A stretch of 63,790 nt of DNA, filler included, from Basidiobolus ranarum (GCA_040143965.1; 38 parts of 38 records of this genome joined end to end with filler, not necessarily neighbours in it); one strand, 5' to 3'; counted from the first letter of the whole stretch, positions 25,201 through 38,146 are shown. Notes: a model not told the origin generated them from the sequence alone. A program made the numbers and translations.

Positions 25201-25300
25201 NNNNNNNNNNNNNNNNNNNNNNNNNNNNNNNNNNNNNNNNNNNNTTAATTAATTAANNNNNNNNNNNNNNNNNNNNNNNNNNNNNNNNNNNNNNNNNNNN

Positions 25301-26883
25301 GTACTGAAATAACCAATGTCAACATCTAGCCGCATATCCTCAAAGTTGTCTGGACTTACTGGTTTGACCAAAGTTGCATTTCTCTCTACATCATTCTGGT
25401 CATATAACTGTGATAACACCATGGTATCTTGACATTTGGCAGTGTTACCTAACCTTTGAGGCAAAGTACAGTCAGTGGACTCAGTGGGCAAAACTAAAGT
25501 GAATTCTGTGCACTTATTACTGTTGATATTCACCGGTCTTTGTGCAGCTGGTGGCTTTGTAGAGTGACCAAGCTTGTGATTATTTTTTCTATGAAGCATC
25601 TGGCTTTCAAAGCACAAGAATTGTTACAATAATAGCAGGGCTTCTTTAAATGTTTATGTTGTTGTATGAGAAGGATATTGTGGAAATAAGAATGCCTCCT
25701 GTGTAAGGGTGGCATTTTAGGTATAGCCTATGAATATCATTAGTTGATTCTGAGATATTGTCACAAAAGAGTCATCAGGAGATTTACAACATATTTCCAG
25801 TAACTGATGGCAATTTTGGTTTATCATAAGCTGTTTCTAAGCAATTTCATTACACCAAGTTTACCATCTGAAAATCTCCATGCCATTCAAGAAGCCTTCA
25901 AAATCTAAATCAAAATTGGCTTCCAAGCCAAAGCCAGCTGGCACAAAAGGAAAAAAACCAGCAATAGTGCAAGTGAAGAGATAGTAGTTCCCCAAGTATG
26001 CAGTGAATCAATAGTTGAGCAAAGTTCAACCAAAACACCATCAAGATCATTAACTTCTAAAATGGCTACTTTGCCCATTATTGAAAAACCATCCATACAA
26101 GAATTGGATACAATTATTACAACAAGAGAATTGCAGGCAGAACACCTTAATGATTTGTATGTGATCATAAGTAAAAACTACAAAGTTGCTTCACAGGCCA
26201 TGACAAGTAATAATGCCACAATGTTGCTATTAATGCAGCATTTGGAAGCAACTAGTCAACAGTCAGAAAGTCACTCAACAATGATACAAGACCTTCAGAA
26301 TGCTGTACTTGAGCCACAGCAACATGCAGCTCCCTCCATACATTCTCATACAGGATTTTAGTCAATCCCACACCATTCATTTGAATGTCACCATGATAAT
26401 CTAGCAGAGCAGAATATGTGTTGCACAATTAAGCCTACATAGCATCCTGAAGTTGCCTGGGCACATGAAAGTAGAAATCTCATAGGAAAAATAGCAAACC
26501 AAAAGACCCGGAATGTCAGAGCTGCCATCACTTGCCCTGATGATGAGTGGTTTAACATCTTGGAAGCTGTGCGGAATCTTGCCCAAAATCACATGGATTT
26601 GAGCCAATTGTGGAATAACCAAAAACCAGGCATTACTCTGAAGGGGTCTTGACTTATTTCATGTTGCTTATACTGGGTTTTTGCAAACAAATGGCAATTG
26701 GGCTAGTGTGGGCCTATTCATGAATCATCTCAAAAATGTAAGGAATTATCAACTTGGAAAAGAAAGAAAAGCAGCTAAAGAAGTACTCAAGGAGCAGGAA
26801 GTTAGTAAACTCAAGGGAAAAGCAAAGGAGCCAGTGAGTTTAGGCTCTACTGTCCCACTTACCAAATTCTTAACACCATTACA
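25301..26883. mobile_element. CACTA/CMC element: transposase N-term (minus) and the longest copy of divergent ORF B (plus, ATG 25880)
   Basis: ORF B: Lys-rich N-term, coiled-coil-like MATLPIIEKPSIQELDTII...LQNAV, then NGNWASVGLFMNHLKNVRNYQ. Confidence 0.75.
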
Positions 26884-26983
26884 NNNNNNNNNNNNNNNNN
26901 NNNNNNNNNNNNNNNNNNNNNNNNNNNTTAATTAATTAANNNNNNNNNNNNNNNNNNNNNNNNNNNNNNNNNNNNNNNNNNNN

Positions 26984-28259
26984 CTATTAAGAAATGTGGG
27001 AATTTAAGCAAATTGTGCACAATTTGATTATCTTGAAATATTCTGTTTGGTGAACCATAGGAATAACCCCAATCTGTTAAGAGTTTTCTTAACCATAATG
27101 CTTCTTTTGTTGCTTCACAGACAGCCATGTATTCAGCTACTGTTGTTGAAAATGCTATGGTAGGTTTTTGCTTTAAATTCCAAGAAATAGCTCCATTAGA
27201 GCAAGGAAATAAGTATCCTGTATTAGATCTCCAGTCTTCAATATCTCTTCCCCAATTTGCATGAATATCCCATCAGATCAAAGTTTCATCCAGAATATGT
27301 GTATTTTAAGCATGGATCCACAGTACCTTTCAAATATCCAAAAATGCCCTCAACTGCTATGATTTGATCAGATCCATAATTTTGAAGATATTGGCACATA
27401 ACTCCTACAGAATATGCAATATCTGGCCATATTCCAACCATAATACACATCAAACCATCAACCATAGATTGATAAGGAAATTTCTGGCTTTCATTTCAGT
27501 CTAAAAACATCTGATTTGAGCTATTGTTAGTCAAGTTCAGGTTTGTCTCCATTGGGATAGATATTGGATTACATTCTTCCATTTTAAACTTCTTTACTAT
27601 ATCTAAGATATATTAGACTGGCTTAAAGTAATTGTTTTGGTAGTTCTATATATCTTAATATGGATTCCAAGATAGTACATCAGTTCACCAAGATCAGTCA
27701 TTTTGAATACGGCAGATAAGCTGGATTTGGTTTTCTCCAAGGTCTTCAAGTCATTGGTTGCTACAATAAGGTCATCTATATACAGGGCTAATGAAGCTGG
27801 GTTTGTCTTATCTGGCATGAAGTAGTTACTATAGTTGGCTGTACTCTTTTGGAATTTGAATATTTGCAAAAAAGTGTCTATATTGCTATTCCAATATCTT
27901 GAAGATTGTTTTAAGCCATAGAGTTTTTCTAGTGTCTGCAAGCTTTTTTAGGGCTTTTTGGGTCCACAACTCCATCTGGCTGGTTCATATAGCTCTCCTC
28001 AGCTGGCTCACCATTCAAAAACACTTTTAACATCCATTTGATGTATAATAAATGATATTTAGCTGAAATTGCTAAAATCAGTCTGATTGAATTAAACTCT
28101 GCTACAGGAACAAAAGTTTCTGCATATTCTATTCCTGGCATTTGGGAATAGCCTTTAGCTACTAGTCTAGCCTTGTACCTTTCTATATTGCCATCACAGT
28201 TGTATTTAAATTTAAACACCCATTGGCAGCCAGTTGATTTTCTATCATCAGGTAAGTGG
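26984..28259 (-). mobile_element. Copia B RT/RNase H, decayed; LTR E inserted at 28260-28565
   Basis: YKARLVAKG, LYGLKQ, LYIDDL, EATKEALWLRKLL. Confidence 0.92.
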
Positions 28260-28665
28260 TATAATAAGAAATGGACAAGGACTGGAAGCAATGACAAGAG
28301 GCTAGAAGGCTGCAGAGTACTTGGGTGAGGACCACAAGACAAGACTGGACAACAAAGATACTTTGGCAAGAATCTTTATTGATGACTGGCATTGATCAGA
28401 CTGAGGTCTGATCAAGAAATACATGGGGCTTATATAGATATTGCAAGGTGAAAAATAATATACTGAATAGGGAATATACTGTGGCAAGTTCAAGAGTTGG
28501 GGTGTTGGGGACTACAAGGACCAATACAAAGAGGGATGATGTAAGGATGATGTAAGGATGATCAGNNNNNNNNNNNNNNNNNNNNNNNNNNNNNNNNNNN
28601 NNNNNNNNNTTAATTAATTAANNNNNNNNNNNNNNNNNNNNNNNNNNNNNNNNNNNNNNNNNNNN

Positions 28666-30247
28666 AGATCTTGAAATTTCACTCCTGAAACTGAAAAAAT
28701 TGATTAAAATCAAATCTAACTTGACAATTTTATGATGGTAAGTAAATGGTCAATCCCAAATGGATTAAAATTGTGATGGTTTTCCTATCATAACAATCCT
28801 CAAATTTCTGTTAGGGGTATGGCAACAGTAATAAGTGCTCTAAATCAACTTGAGCCATGAAAGCCGGAGGCTTCATAGAAAAATTAAGCACAAGCACAGT
28901 CACTGTACAAAGCCTGTTGTATAACAACAGTAATAAGTGCACTAAATCAACTTTAGTTTGCCCATTGAGTCCACTGACTGTAATTTGCCTCAAATATTTG
29001 GTAACACAGCCAAAAGTCAAGATACCATGTAGATACCACAGTTATATAACCAGAATGATGTAGGTTAAAATGCAACTTTGGTCAAACCAACAAGCAAAGA
29101 CAACTTTGAGGACTTGCTGCTAGATTTTGACCTTGGTTATTCTAGTGCCAATGGTAATATATCAGAAGTTGAAGAAGACAATGGTTTTGTTACAGACTCT
29201 TTGTTATTGGCAAACATTAGTCCACTCATAACTCTTACTGAAAAGAGTGCAGGTCTGATTATTGAGGAGTGGAGAGTTCAATCCAATCTTAGCAACCAGG
29301 TGTTTATTGCTTTTCTTACAGTTTTACAACAGTTGATTGGCAACTGTTACTTGCTGCAGACCTGGTATAAGTGGAAAACACTTGTCAATAGCATGACTTA
29401 TAATCCTTCATTAATTAAGCTACCTTCATGTGAAAATGTTTGTTTGGCTTTCACTAGTGATTCAAAACCTGCAGTCATGTACTGTTTGCACACAATTGGC
29501 AATTACTGAATCAGGTAAATATTGTTTATATTTAGCTTACATACCATTGATTCCCCATCTTAAAGTTTTGATGAAATCACCCACTGTCAAGCACCTGGTC
29601 AGATTTCAACATGATCACTGATGTCAGTTCACCAAATAGTCAGTCTAACATCAAACTTGGTATTAGCTTTAAGCCTAAAATTATATTGCTAAAGAGGGAT
29701 CAGCTGAAGCCAGAGCTTCCCATTAGGGAATATGTACTTACTATTCAACAACAATCCAATACAACTTGCTCAGTTATATAGTGGAAAATCCAATATGAAT
29801 GAGCCATTTGAGATAGGATCAAAGTGTGAATTGATTGGGAAAATGCTTGAAAACATCAAGATACCATGATATTATACCAGGACTTCCATCAATATCCACT
29901 CATCTAGGCGTTTAGTCAAATGCAAAGACTGGAAGTGTTGAATTTGTATATATTCAAGTGGAATTGTGAAAAGATTTCTGCCTGACAAGTATTGGCAACA
30001 TTGGGAGTTGTTTGTGGATATTGTTTATAATTTCTTATGGCATCAACTCACATTGGCAGATCCCAGGCAGATGCAGCAACTATGCAAAGATTTGGTAATT
30101 GGATATGAAAAACTTTATTACAGGTTTGAAGAAGATAGACTGAATCTATGCCAGTATTCAATACATTCCCTGCTGCATCTTTCACAATGCTTAGAGAATA
30201 TAGGCCCTTACTATACATTCTGGGAGTTCCCAATGGAGCGCACCTGC
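28666..30247. mobile_element. Family C terminus (28666-28816, minus) inserted in a decayed CACTA/CMC transposase (28817-30247, plus, internal deletion near 29585)
   Basis: GYEKLYYRFEEDRLNLCQYSIHSLLHL...GPYYTFWEFPMERTC, the Tnp2-type C-terminal motif. Confidence 0.85.
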
Positions 30248-30804
30248 NNNNNNNNNNNNNNNNNNNNNNNNNNNNNNNNNNNNNNNNNNNNTTAATTAAT
30301 TAANNNNNNNNNNNNNNNNNNNNNNNNNNNNNNNNNNNNNNNNNNNNCTATTTGATTAGAACGACATGTTAATGGATGGATGCCTCGTACAACCTCTGTA
30401 ATAACTGGAACATACCATCTTGAGCTGACTTTGGATGAATTGGAAAGAGGGAGCTACTCAAGAAAATTGCCAAACTAATATGGTCACCGAGAGAAGCATC
30501 TGATTGGGCAATCGAGAACATGGTCTTCTCCGAGCCATACTTTTCAATTTATTTTTGCAATACTGAGCAGGATGGATATCTATAATCAACAAGCTCAAGC
30601 AGATAATCAAACTGCCTTACTACTTGAATAAGTTGTTTTGCACCTCGAATGGGAATGGAGGTACGTACTGTACTGGAGATGAACTTTTTTTTTATTTTTC
30701 CTTGAAAAAAAATTGAAATGTGTTGTTGGGGGAGCCTTAGAATAAAACCGAGAGATTACTAAGTTTGTTCCTTACGAAGCAACTTTTGACTTCTGTGATT
30801 CGTC

Positions 30805-31707
30805 ATGTTGGTTACTATTCCCACTTTTCTTTTACCCACACCACCCAGCTCCTGGACCGCTGGTACCGGCAGCAAGGTCCATGCTAGTGTCTCAGCCCCT
30901 TCCAAGCGTACTTTGGAACCTGTTGGTCGTCACTTCGTCGGTTTCGCCAGACGCAAGTTCCACGAACGTACCTACTCCGAAGATGAACGCATCGAAAGTG
31001 CCAAGAACGCTGGTAATGACGATGACGAGGAGGATTTGAGTGAAGATGAAGAAGAATCCCGTGACCTTTTGGAAAGCGACCCTAAGGACTGGAAGGAGCA
31101 AGATCACTATGAAGTCCTCGGTTTGAGCAAGTACCGTTATAAGGCTGATGAGAAGCGTATTATTAAGGCTCACCGCAAGAAGGTTCTTAAGCATCATCCT
31201 GATAAGAAGGCTGCTTCTGGTAACATCAACGATGATGCCTTCTTCAAGTGCATTCAAAAGGCATTTGAGATCTTGATGGATCCCATTAAGCGTCGTCAAT
31301 TCGATTCAGTTGACCCTGGATTGCCTGATATTGAGCTTCCTTCCAAGTCCAAGGATTTCTTCGAATCCTTCGGTCGTATTTTCGAATTGGAATCTCGTTT
31401 CTCCAACAAACAACCTGTCCCTGTTCTCGGTGATATGAACTCCGTTCGTGAGGATGTTGAAGCTTTCTATGACTTCTGGTATAACTTTGACTCTTGGAGA
31501 ACTTTCGAGTACCTTGACAAAGAGTCATCAGAAACTGCTGACAACCGTGATGATAAGCGTTATTACGAGAAGAAGAACAAGGCTGAGCGTGCCCGCAGAA
31601 AGAAGGAGGACAATGCCCGTCTTCGTGAACTTGTAGATGCTGCTCTTAAGAGAGATCCTCGTATCGCTATCTTCAAGGAGGAGGAGATCGGAAGAGCACC
31701 AAATTAA
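30805..31707 (+). CDS. ZUO1: Zuotin (ribosome-associated Hsp40 J-protein), intronless here, C-terminus truncated by an adapter chimera
   Basis: LEPVGRHF, DPKDWKEQDHYEVLGL, HHPDKK, FYDFWYNFDSWRTFEY, DPRI. Confidence 0.95.
   Translation: MLVTIPTFLLPTPPSSWTAGTGSKVHASVSAPSKRTLEPVGRHFVGFARRKFHERTYSEDERIESAKNAGNDDDEEDLSEDEEESRDLLESDPKDWKEQDHYEVLGLSKYRYKADEKRIIKAHRKKVLKHHPDKKAASGNINDDAFFKCIQKAFEILMDPIKRRQFDSVDPGLPDIELPSKSKDFFESFGRIFELESRFSNKQPVPVLGDMNSVREDVEAFYDFWYNFDSWRTFEYLDKESSETADNRDDKRYYEKKNKAERARRKKEDNARLRELVDAALKRDPRIAIFKEEEIGRAPN
31685..31699 (+). other. Illumina TruSeq adapter remnant AGATCGGAAGAGCAC
   Basis: Exact 15-nt match to the adapter start, at the switch from zuotin coding sequence to unrelated AT-rich DNA. 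Confidence 0.9.
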
Positions 31708-32028
31708 AAATCTTAAGTTCACGAAAACTTTTTTCAAATTTTTGGTTCCCCAAATCTTAAATGTTAAAGTAGCACAAATTAATCCAAGATTCGTACAGTT
31801 GATGTGTAAATTATTTTTAAAAAATTCGAAATACAAAATATTTAAATTTGGAAATTAAAATAAATAAACCATTGCATGTTTAATATTTCGTCTAACTCTA
31901 AATTTGTATTATGCACATTTCGAAACTTNNNNNNNNNNNNNNNNNNNNNNNNNNNNNNNNNNNNNNNNNNNNTTAATTAATTAANNNNNNNNNNNNNNNN
32001 NNNNNNNNNNNNNNNNNNNNNNNNNNNN

Positions 32029-32510
32029 GTAAAACCTTGGGTACAAAGAACTCTATAAAAATACTCAGGAGAATATATCAAAGAGACTAGGGATTTCAAA
32101 GGTGACAAATTAGCATTCAAGTGGTAATTGTGTATAATTTGAGTTACATTTTTTGCTCAAGTGTTGATCCATAGTTCTCTGAGATTGTAGCCAATCATGT
32201 GCAACCATTTTGCAAGATCTTGAAATTTCACTCCTGAAACTGAAAAAATTGATTAAAATCATATTGAACTTGACAATTTTATGATTGGAAGTAAGCAGTC
32301 AATCCCAAATGGATTAAAATTGTGAAGGTTTTCCTACCATAGTAATCCTCAAATTTCTGTAAGGGACAACATGACTTCCATATAAGGTAACCTGGAGGAA
32401 CTAATACAAGATTGCCAAGAAGGGATGGCATAGCTGATATGATGTCATAATCTAATAATAGAAGCAATCTATTTGCAGTGGATGAGTGTGCCAAGATCAG
32501 AATCATGACA
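32029..32510 (-). mobile_element. Family C terminus (32029-32365) inserted in the LTR E 5' end (32366-32510)
   Basis: CCCTTACAGAAATTTGAGG and TGTCATGATTCTGATC on the minus strand. Confidence 0.7.
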
Positions 32511-33709
32511 TCATCAGTATTTACTCATCTTTACTCTATTACTTTCTAGAAATTTCTATAATCTTCCTGAACATTTCATAAGATTTTTGGAATATTTGAT
32601 GACTGATTGAAGTGTAACCAATTAAAACTTTAGTTTGCCAGAATATTCCATGACTTTTGGGATTATACCACAACCTTATGCACCATTCCATGGATTACTA
32701 ATCTTATGATTTATGATGATGTAGTATCACTTTATCCTCACCAATACAAATATCTGAAACTATCCAGAAATTCACATTAGTAATCCTTTCTACCTGCAGA
32801 GAATCATAAATAGGAGCCATATCTTTACAGTAAAAATCGTCCCAGCTTTCAATTAACAATCACTGCATGTGATCTCCCCTAATTTTCATCATTGCTTATA
32901 AGAACTTTAAAGTGAAAGCTCAAGAGTGACTACTGGGGACAGTTCCTGGCTACTATGTGACCAGAGAGGACTTGACTGGCTCAACAGAACTACTGAGAGG
33001 TTGGTGTTATATTTTCTCATACTTTACATAGTTTTCCCTGGCTTTGTGTGAGTAGGCAAGGAACTTTTTGTATACATGGATAAAGTAATACCAGTGCATC
33101 CTTGTTCAAGACCTTGCTGGCAGAGCTTACAGCTGTTTTTGAAAGGATACACTCTTTTTATTGGCTTATTCTCAATGGACATTGAGACCAGTATAGTCTT
33201 TTGTGATATGCCTGCATATTGCTCAACAAAAGCAAGACATTACATGGAGATGTATCAGTCCTTAGACATTCCTTGAGATATGATTCCCTTTTTACAAAGA
33301 CCCCAGAGGCTAGAGATAGACCCATATTTTACTACATCCCAGAGTTGTTCAATTGCAATTATTACTCCATTTGGACATCTCAAAGACCCTTAAGATGTTG
33401 AAGTTATAGATGTGGCATATATCCTAAATCTTCCACAATGGTAAAATCTTGAAGTTTAGTATTTTAATTAGATAGTAGTAATGCAGATACCTAGTGGAGA
33501 TAGCCTTTGTTCTGATATCCTAATAGGATACATTTAATTGCCTTTTTGTCCAATTTCCTATGCTGAGGTTTAGGAATATGAGCATATACTATTGATCCAA
33601 AAATTCTGANNNNNNNNNNNNNNNNNNNNNNNNNNNNNNNNNNNNNNNNNNNNTTAATTAATTAANNNNNNNNNNNNNNNNNNNNNNNNNNNNNNNNNNN
33701 NNNNNNNNN

Positions 33710-35290
33710 TGGTAGTTTTCACTTATTGATTTATTCAGTAGAAAGTTGACATTTTCAGTTTTGTCAAGATGTAGACAAACAAACATGTAGAATATGTTAA
33801 GGAAGGTCCCAGGAACATGTGTGCAAAGTTTGGGGCTTTTAGCACAAGTTTGAAAAGTCTATACATCTGAGAATTTCTGAGTTGGTAAAAATATTTGAAG
33901 TAAATTTTGATTGAGAATAATTGATACTATCTTAGTGAGTTATATGATAAATAAGTACTAAGTTATATATGACTATCTTGGTGTTTAGGCAATGCTAATT
34001 TCAGCACTCTCCCTCAACTAAATAGTCATATAAACTAATCCTAACAAAGGTCTAAATTTCTCAAATTTTTGTCTAGCTAATGGTTTGGTTAGTATATCAG
34101 CAATCATGTCTTCTGTAGAACAATAAGTTAAGTCAATAAACTTATTCTCTATAGTCTCTCTAATGAAGTGATGCTTAATAGCTATGTGTTTGCTTCTTTG
34201 ATGAAACTTGGAATTTTTAGCTAATTTGTCACAACTTTGATTATCTTGAAATATTGTAGTTGGTGAATTTTGAGAATAACCCAAATCTGTCAAGAGTTTT
34301 ATTATCATATTGCTTCTTTTGTTGCTTCACCGGCAGCCATGTATTCAGCTTCTGTTGTTGAAAGTGCTACAGTAGGTTGTTTCTTTGAATTCCAAGAAAT
34401 AGCTCCAATAGAGCAAAGAAATAAGTATCTTGCTATAGATCTCCTGTCTTCATTATCTCTTCCCCAATTAGCATCTGAATATCCCATAAGATTAAAATTT
34501 GATCCAGAATATATGTATTTTAAGCATAGATCCACAGTACCTTTCAAATATCTGAAAATACTCCTAACTGCTATGATTTGAGCAGATCCATAATTTTGAA
34601 TATATTGGCATAAAACTCCAACAGAATATGCAATATATGGCTGTGCTCCAACCATGATATAAATCAAACTACCAGTCATAGATAGATAAGGAAATTTCTG
34701 GCTTTCATTTGAATCCAAGAACATCTGATTAGAGCCATTTTGGTCAAGTTAAGATTTGTCTCCATTGGGGTAGATACTGGATCATATTCTTCCATTTTAA
34801 ACTTCTTTTGTATATCTATGATATACTTAGACTGGTTTAAAGTTATTGTTTTGGTAGTTCTATATATCTTAATTTGGATTCCAAGATAGTATGTCAGTTC
34901 ACCAAGATCAGTCATTTTGAATATGGCAGATAAGCTGGATTTGGTTTTCTCAAAAGTCTTCAAGTCATTGGTTGCTATGATAACATTGTCTCCATATAAG
35001 GCCAATAAAACTGGGTTTGTCTTATCTGGCCTGAAGTAGATACTATAGTCAGCATTACTCTTTTGGAATTTGAGTATTTCTAAAAAAGCATCTATCTTGC
35101 TATTCCAAGCTCTTGGAGATTGTTTTAAGCCATAGAGTGTTTTCTGGAGTCTGCAAACTTTTTTTGGGTTCTCTGGGTCCACATATCCATCTGGCTGGTC
35201 CATATCGATCTCCTCAGCAAGCTCTCCTTTCAAAAAGACAATTTTAACATCAACTTGATGTATAGTAAACAGATATTTAGCTGAAACTGC
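33710..35290 (-). mobile_element. Copia B RT-RNase H, PPT and 3' LTR
   Basis: LYGLKQSPRAW, YSDANW, SKKQPTVALSTTEAEY, ADILTKPL; TTGAGGGAGAG before the LTR. Confidence 0.95.
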
Positions 35291-35875
35291 NNNNNNNNNN
35301 NNNNNNNNNNNNNNNNNNNNNNNNNNNNNNNNNNTTAATTAATTAANNNNNNNNNNNNNNNNNNNNNNNNNNNNNNNNNNNNNNNNNNNNTTCCCCTCTG
35401 TCTAAGCATATCACCTTATGTCACTTGGAGACCTTTTATTTCAATATTCCGAAATTTTACCAATTAGCACTTAACTGCATATTGTGTCATTAAAGAGAAT
35501 AAGTAAGAGAAATGTAACCCTAAATAACCTACTTTCTTACTAGCGGAAGATCACTAATAACCTACTTTCTTACTAGGCCATTGGATGTCTCTGTAGTAGA
35601 GGTATTCAAGGAATATTGTCATAAGTTGCTGTTACAAAATAAAGGAGAACAAGCACAGATCATCTTATATAAAAGCAATGTTGGGGTTGAAAGGCGGTAA
35701 GTAGCAAGGTTGCAGTTATGAGGTGTTATCAAACCAACCCTAAGTCACTGGGGGCATGATCCAATGTAAGTTGCAGTTATTGCGAAGTGAAGTGCAGTTG
35801 GCTTGATCTTCATTTTGCAATCATAGTGATTTCTAAGGACAAAGTGGTATTTTCAATATTCTGCCCAGTCCATCA

Positions 35876-36241
35876 GTGATCCAAGGATTGGCTAATACTC
35901 TTATGAAGGGACAAGGCTATTGGGGCTTCATATATAGCCAGGGAGGAGTGATCGGTACTAAGATGGGGAGTACTGCCTATGTGCATCGCAAGGCCGTTGC
36001 TAGCTTTCAATTTGGTGTGTCTGATCCAGAGAGTGTATCATGGCTCACGGATTTATATAAATTCTTGCGCCCTCATTACAGCGAAAGCGAGCAAAACTAT
36101 GCTGACTTGGATGAGCGTGACTGGAAAACGCTCTATTACGCCTCAAATTTAGAGCGCTTGATACAAATCAAGAGAAAGTATGACCCTGGGAATCTGTTCC
36201 GTTATCCTTTCAGCATACCTCTGAATACTTCCGGTGTCTGA
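35876..36241 (+). CDS. C-terminal berberine-bridge-like (BBE) domain of an FAD-linked oxidoreductase; fragment
   Basis: TAYVHR, QNYADLD, YYASNLERLIQIKRKYDPGNLFRYPFSIP; no FAD-binding N-terminal part recognised upstream. Confidence 0.8.
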   Translation: MIQGLANTLMKGQGYWGFIYSQGGVIGTKMGSTAYVHRKAVASFQFGVSDPESVSWLTDLYKFLRPHYSESEQNYADLDERDWKTLYYASNLERLIQIKRKYDPGNLFRYPFSIPLNTSGV

Positions 36242-36485
36242 CTTGTGCTCGTCACCAACCCGATATTCTAATGATAAATTAGAGCAATCCCATCTGCAAT
36301 ATATATCAATATCTGCAATATGTATCAATTTAACATTAGTCCAGTCGTATCAAATGCTTAGCAAAGGACAGATCAATGCAGTAATACCTCTAATAACGAT
36401 AGTAGCAAGTACACCTTAGGGAGTTAAATCAATTAGCAGCACATTGGAAGCAAATTTAATGTACCAGTATTAAGTATGCTAGAGA

Positions 36486-36807
36486 TGTTAAAATTAACAT
36501 AAGCCTAAGCACCTTTACAGTCATAAATAGCTTAATATTTAGCTATTTCGTATTTCACGAAGTCATCTCCCATTATTTTTAATTAGAATCTACTTAGAAG
36601 TTTGAAGATATATAGATTTTGATAACTTGCACTAGAAGCCCCAAACTTTGCTCACGTGATCCTTACTCAACACATTCTGCATACTCATTTGTTTACATCT
36701 CAACAAAACTATAAATGTGCTTATCTACCAAATAAATCAGCAAGTAAAAACCTTTAATTCTTCCAGTACTCCAACACACTCCCGACAAATTCCAAAACAC
36801 TTCAATA
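36486..36807 (+). mobile_element. Diverged LTR family B
   Basis: TGTTAAAATTAAC...TTCAATA, homologous to the other LTR B copies. Confidence 0.75.
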
Positions 36808-36813
36808 GGCTCA

Positions 36814-36971
36814 AAAGCCTTGGAAGACACTTACGAAACATGTCCTACTGCCCACAAGATAAAGCCTTGGAAGACACTTACGAAACATGTCCTACTGCCC
36901 ACAAGATAAAGCCTTGGAAGACACTTACGAAACATGTCCTACTGCCCACAAGATAAAGCCTTGGAAGACAC
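36814..36971 (+). repeat. 47-bp perfect tandem repeat (3.4 units to contig end) derived from Copia B gag
   Basis: AAAGCCTTGGAAGACACTTACGAAACATGTCCTACTGCCCACAAGAT at 36814, 36861, 36908 and 36955; matches gag at ~13937-13983. Confidence 0.9.
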
Positions 36972-37071
36972 NNNNNNNNNNNNNNNNNNNNNNNNNNNNN
37001 NNNNNNNNNNNNNNNTTAATTAATTAANNNNNNNNNNNNNNNNNNNNNNNNNNNNNNNNNNNNNNNNNNNN

Positions 37072-37266
37072 CAGCTTGGTAAGATCAACATTAAGGCAAG
37101 CCTTAGCGCTGGCATGGATACCGAATACTGCAAGTCTCGTGATTACACCATCGCAGACGGAGTTTGAGTGTTTTGTAGTAATGGGGGAGCCATTCAAGAA
37201 TGTTGGTTCTTTGGCCATTACGAGTACAGCTGGTAAAAATACTAGGGCACTTGCAAAGAACTTCAT
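37072..37266 (-). CDS. Small secreted Cys-containing protein, 3' truncated
   Basis: Signal peptide MKFFASALVFLPAVLVMA; TATA-like CTATAAAA upstream on the minus strand. Confidence 0.7.
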
Positions 37267-38146
37267 GGCTGTTGCAGATGAATGGATGACTAGGGAACTG
37301 CAAATATGATATACTATATCTATGTGCAGTGCGCTGCCTTTTTATAGAACTTCTGTTTCCTTATGATTGAAGCTAGGTTTGTTCTATACATATTGGCCAC
37401 TGGGTGTAGTGTAACATTTGTTTGAACTGAATCGCGGATTCTCATGTGTAACTTGGCCTCTATAACGATACATGACGCGATTAAATAAAAAAGTAGATTA
37501 ATTCTACAGAAAAAGATTAATAGAAAACCTATAATTTGTTAGATAAGATTCATTTGCCATGTTAAGTGGATAGAATTTCACTATCCCCAGATGTGACATA
37601 AAATTACCTTTACATGAATGATCATAACAACAATTTCTATTTCTATCTAACAATGCTAATTTGTGGCACCAAACAGATTTTCGCAAGTCTTGGTTCTTGG
37701 ATCATGAATTACGACTACGTGAAAATTGGAATATTACAATCTGTGTCATATACGGTTTATAGGGTCATATATGTTTGTACCGTTACTCAGAATTTCTGTA
37801 TCCCAACCTCATATGGCGTGAAAGGTTTAGTCGTTGACTAATCTGGCGTACATGTTGCTTGATCGCTTTTGAAGCATCCATGTCATAAAGCGCAAATACC
37901 TCAGAGAAATTGTGGGTAGGAGGGCAGAAATATAAGGTAATGACGTAGGGTGAAAGCACTACTGGTACTGTTTCTCTTTCGAACAACATCAGAATCATGC
38001 CTGATATAGCTATTAACCCAGTATACACAATCAGTAAGTGATAATTATGAAAGGTTAACTGCTTGAGGATACTTTATTTGTACTAACTATTATAGAAGAA
38101 ACCTCTTGCTATACAATTTATATTCGCACACATTCAAATAAAAATA

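Noticed and set aside
30892-31836. Minus-strand ORFs overlapping zuotin (and similarly 49923-50369 opposite PDC)
   Set aside because: Antisense open frames expected from biased codon usage of highly expressed genes
32511-33500. CpG-poor region possibly representing another LTR plus decayed ORF
   Set aside because: No second copy in the window and no motif I can identify, so it cannot be classified
36814-36971. CRISPR-like repeat
   Set aside because: Units are head-to-tail with no spacers and derive from Copia gag
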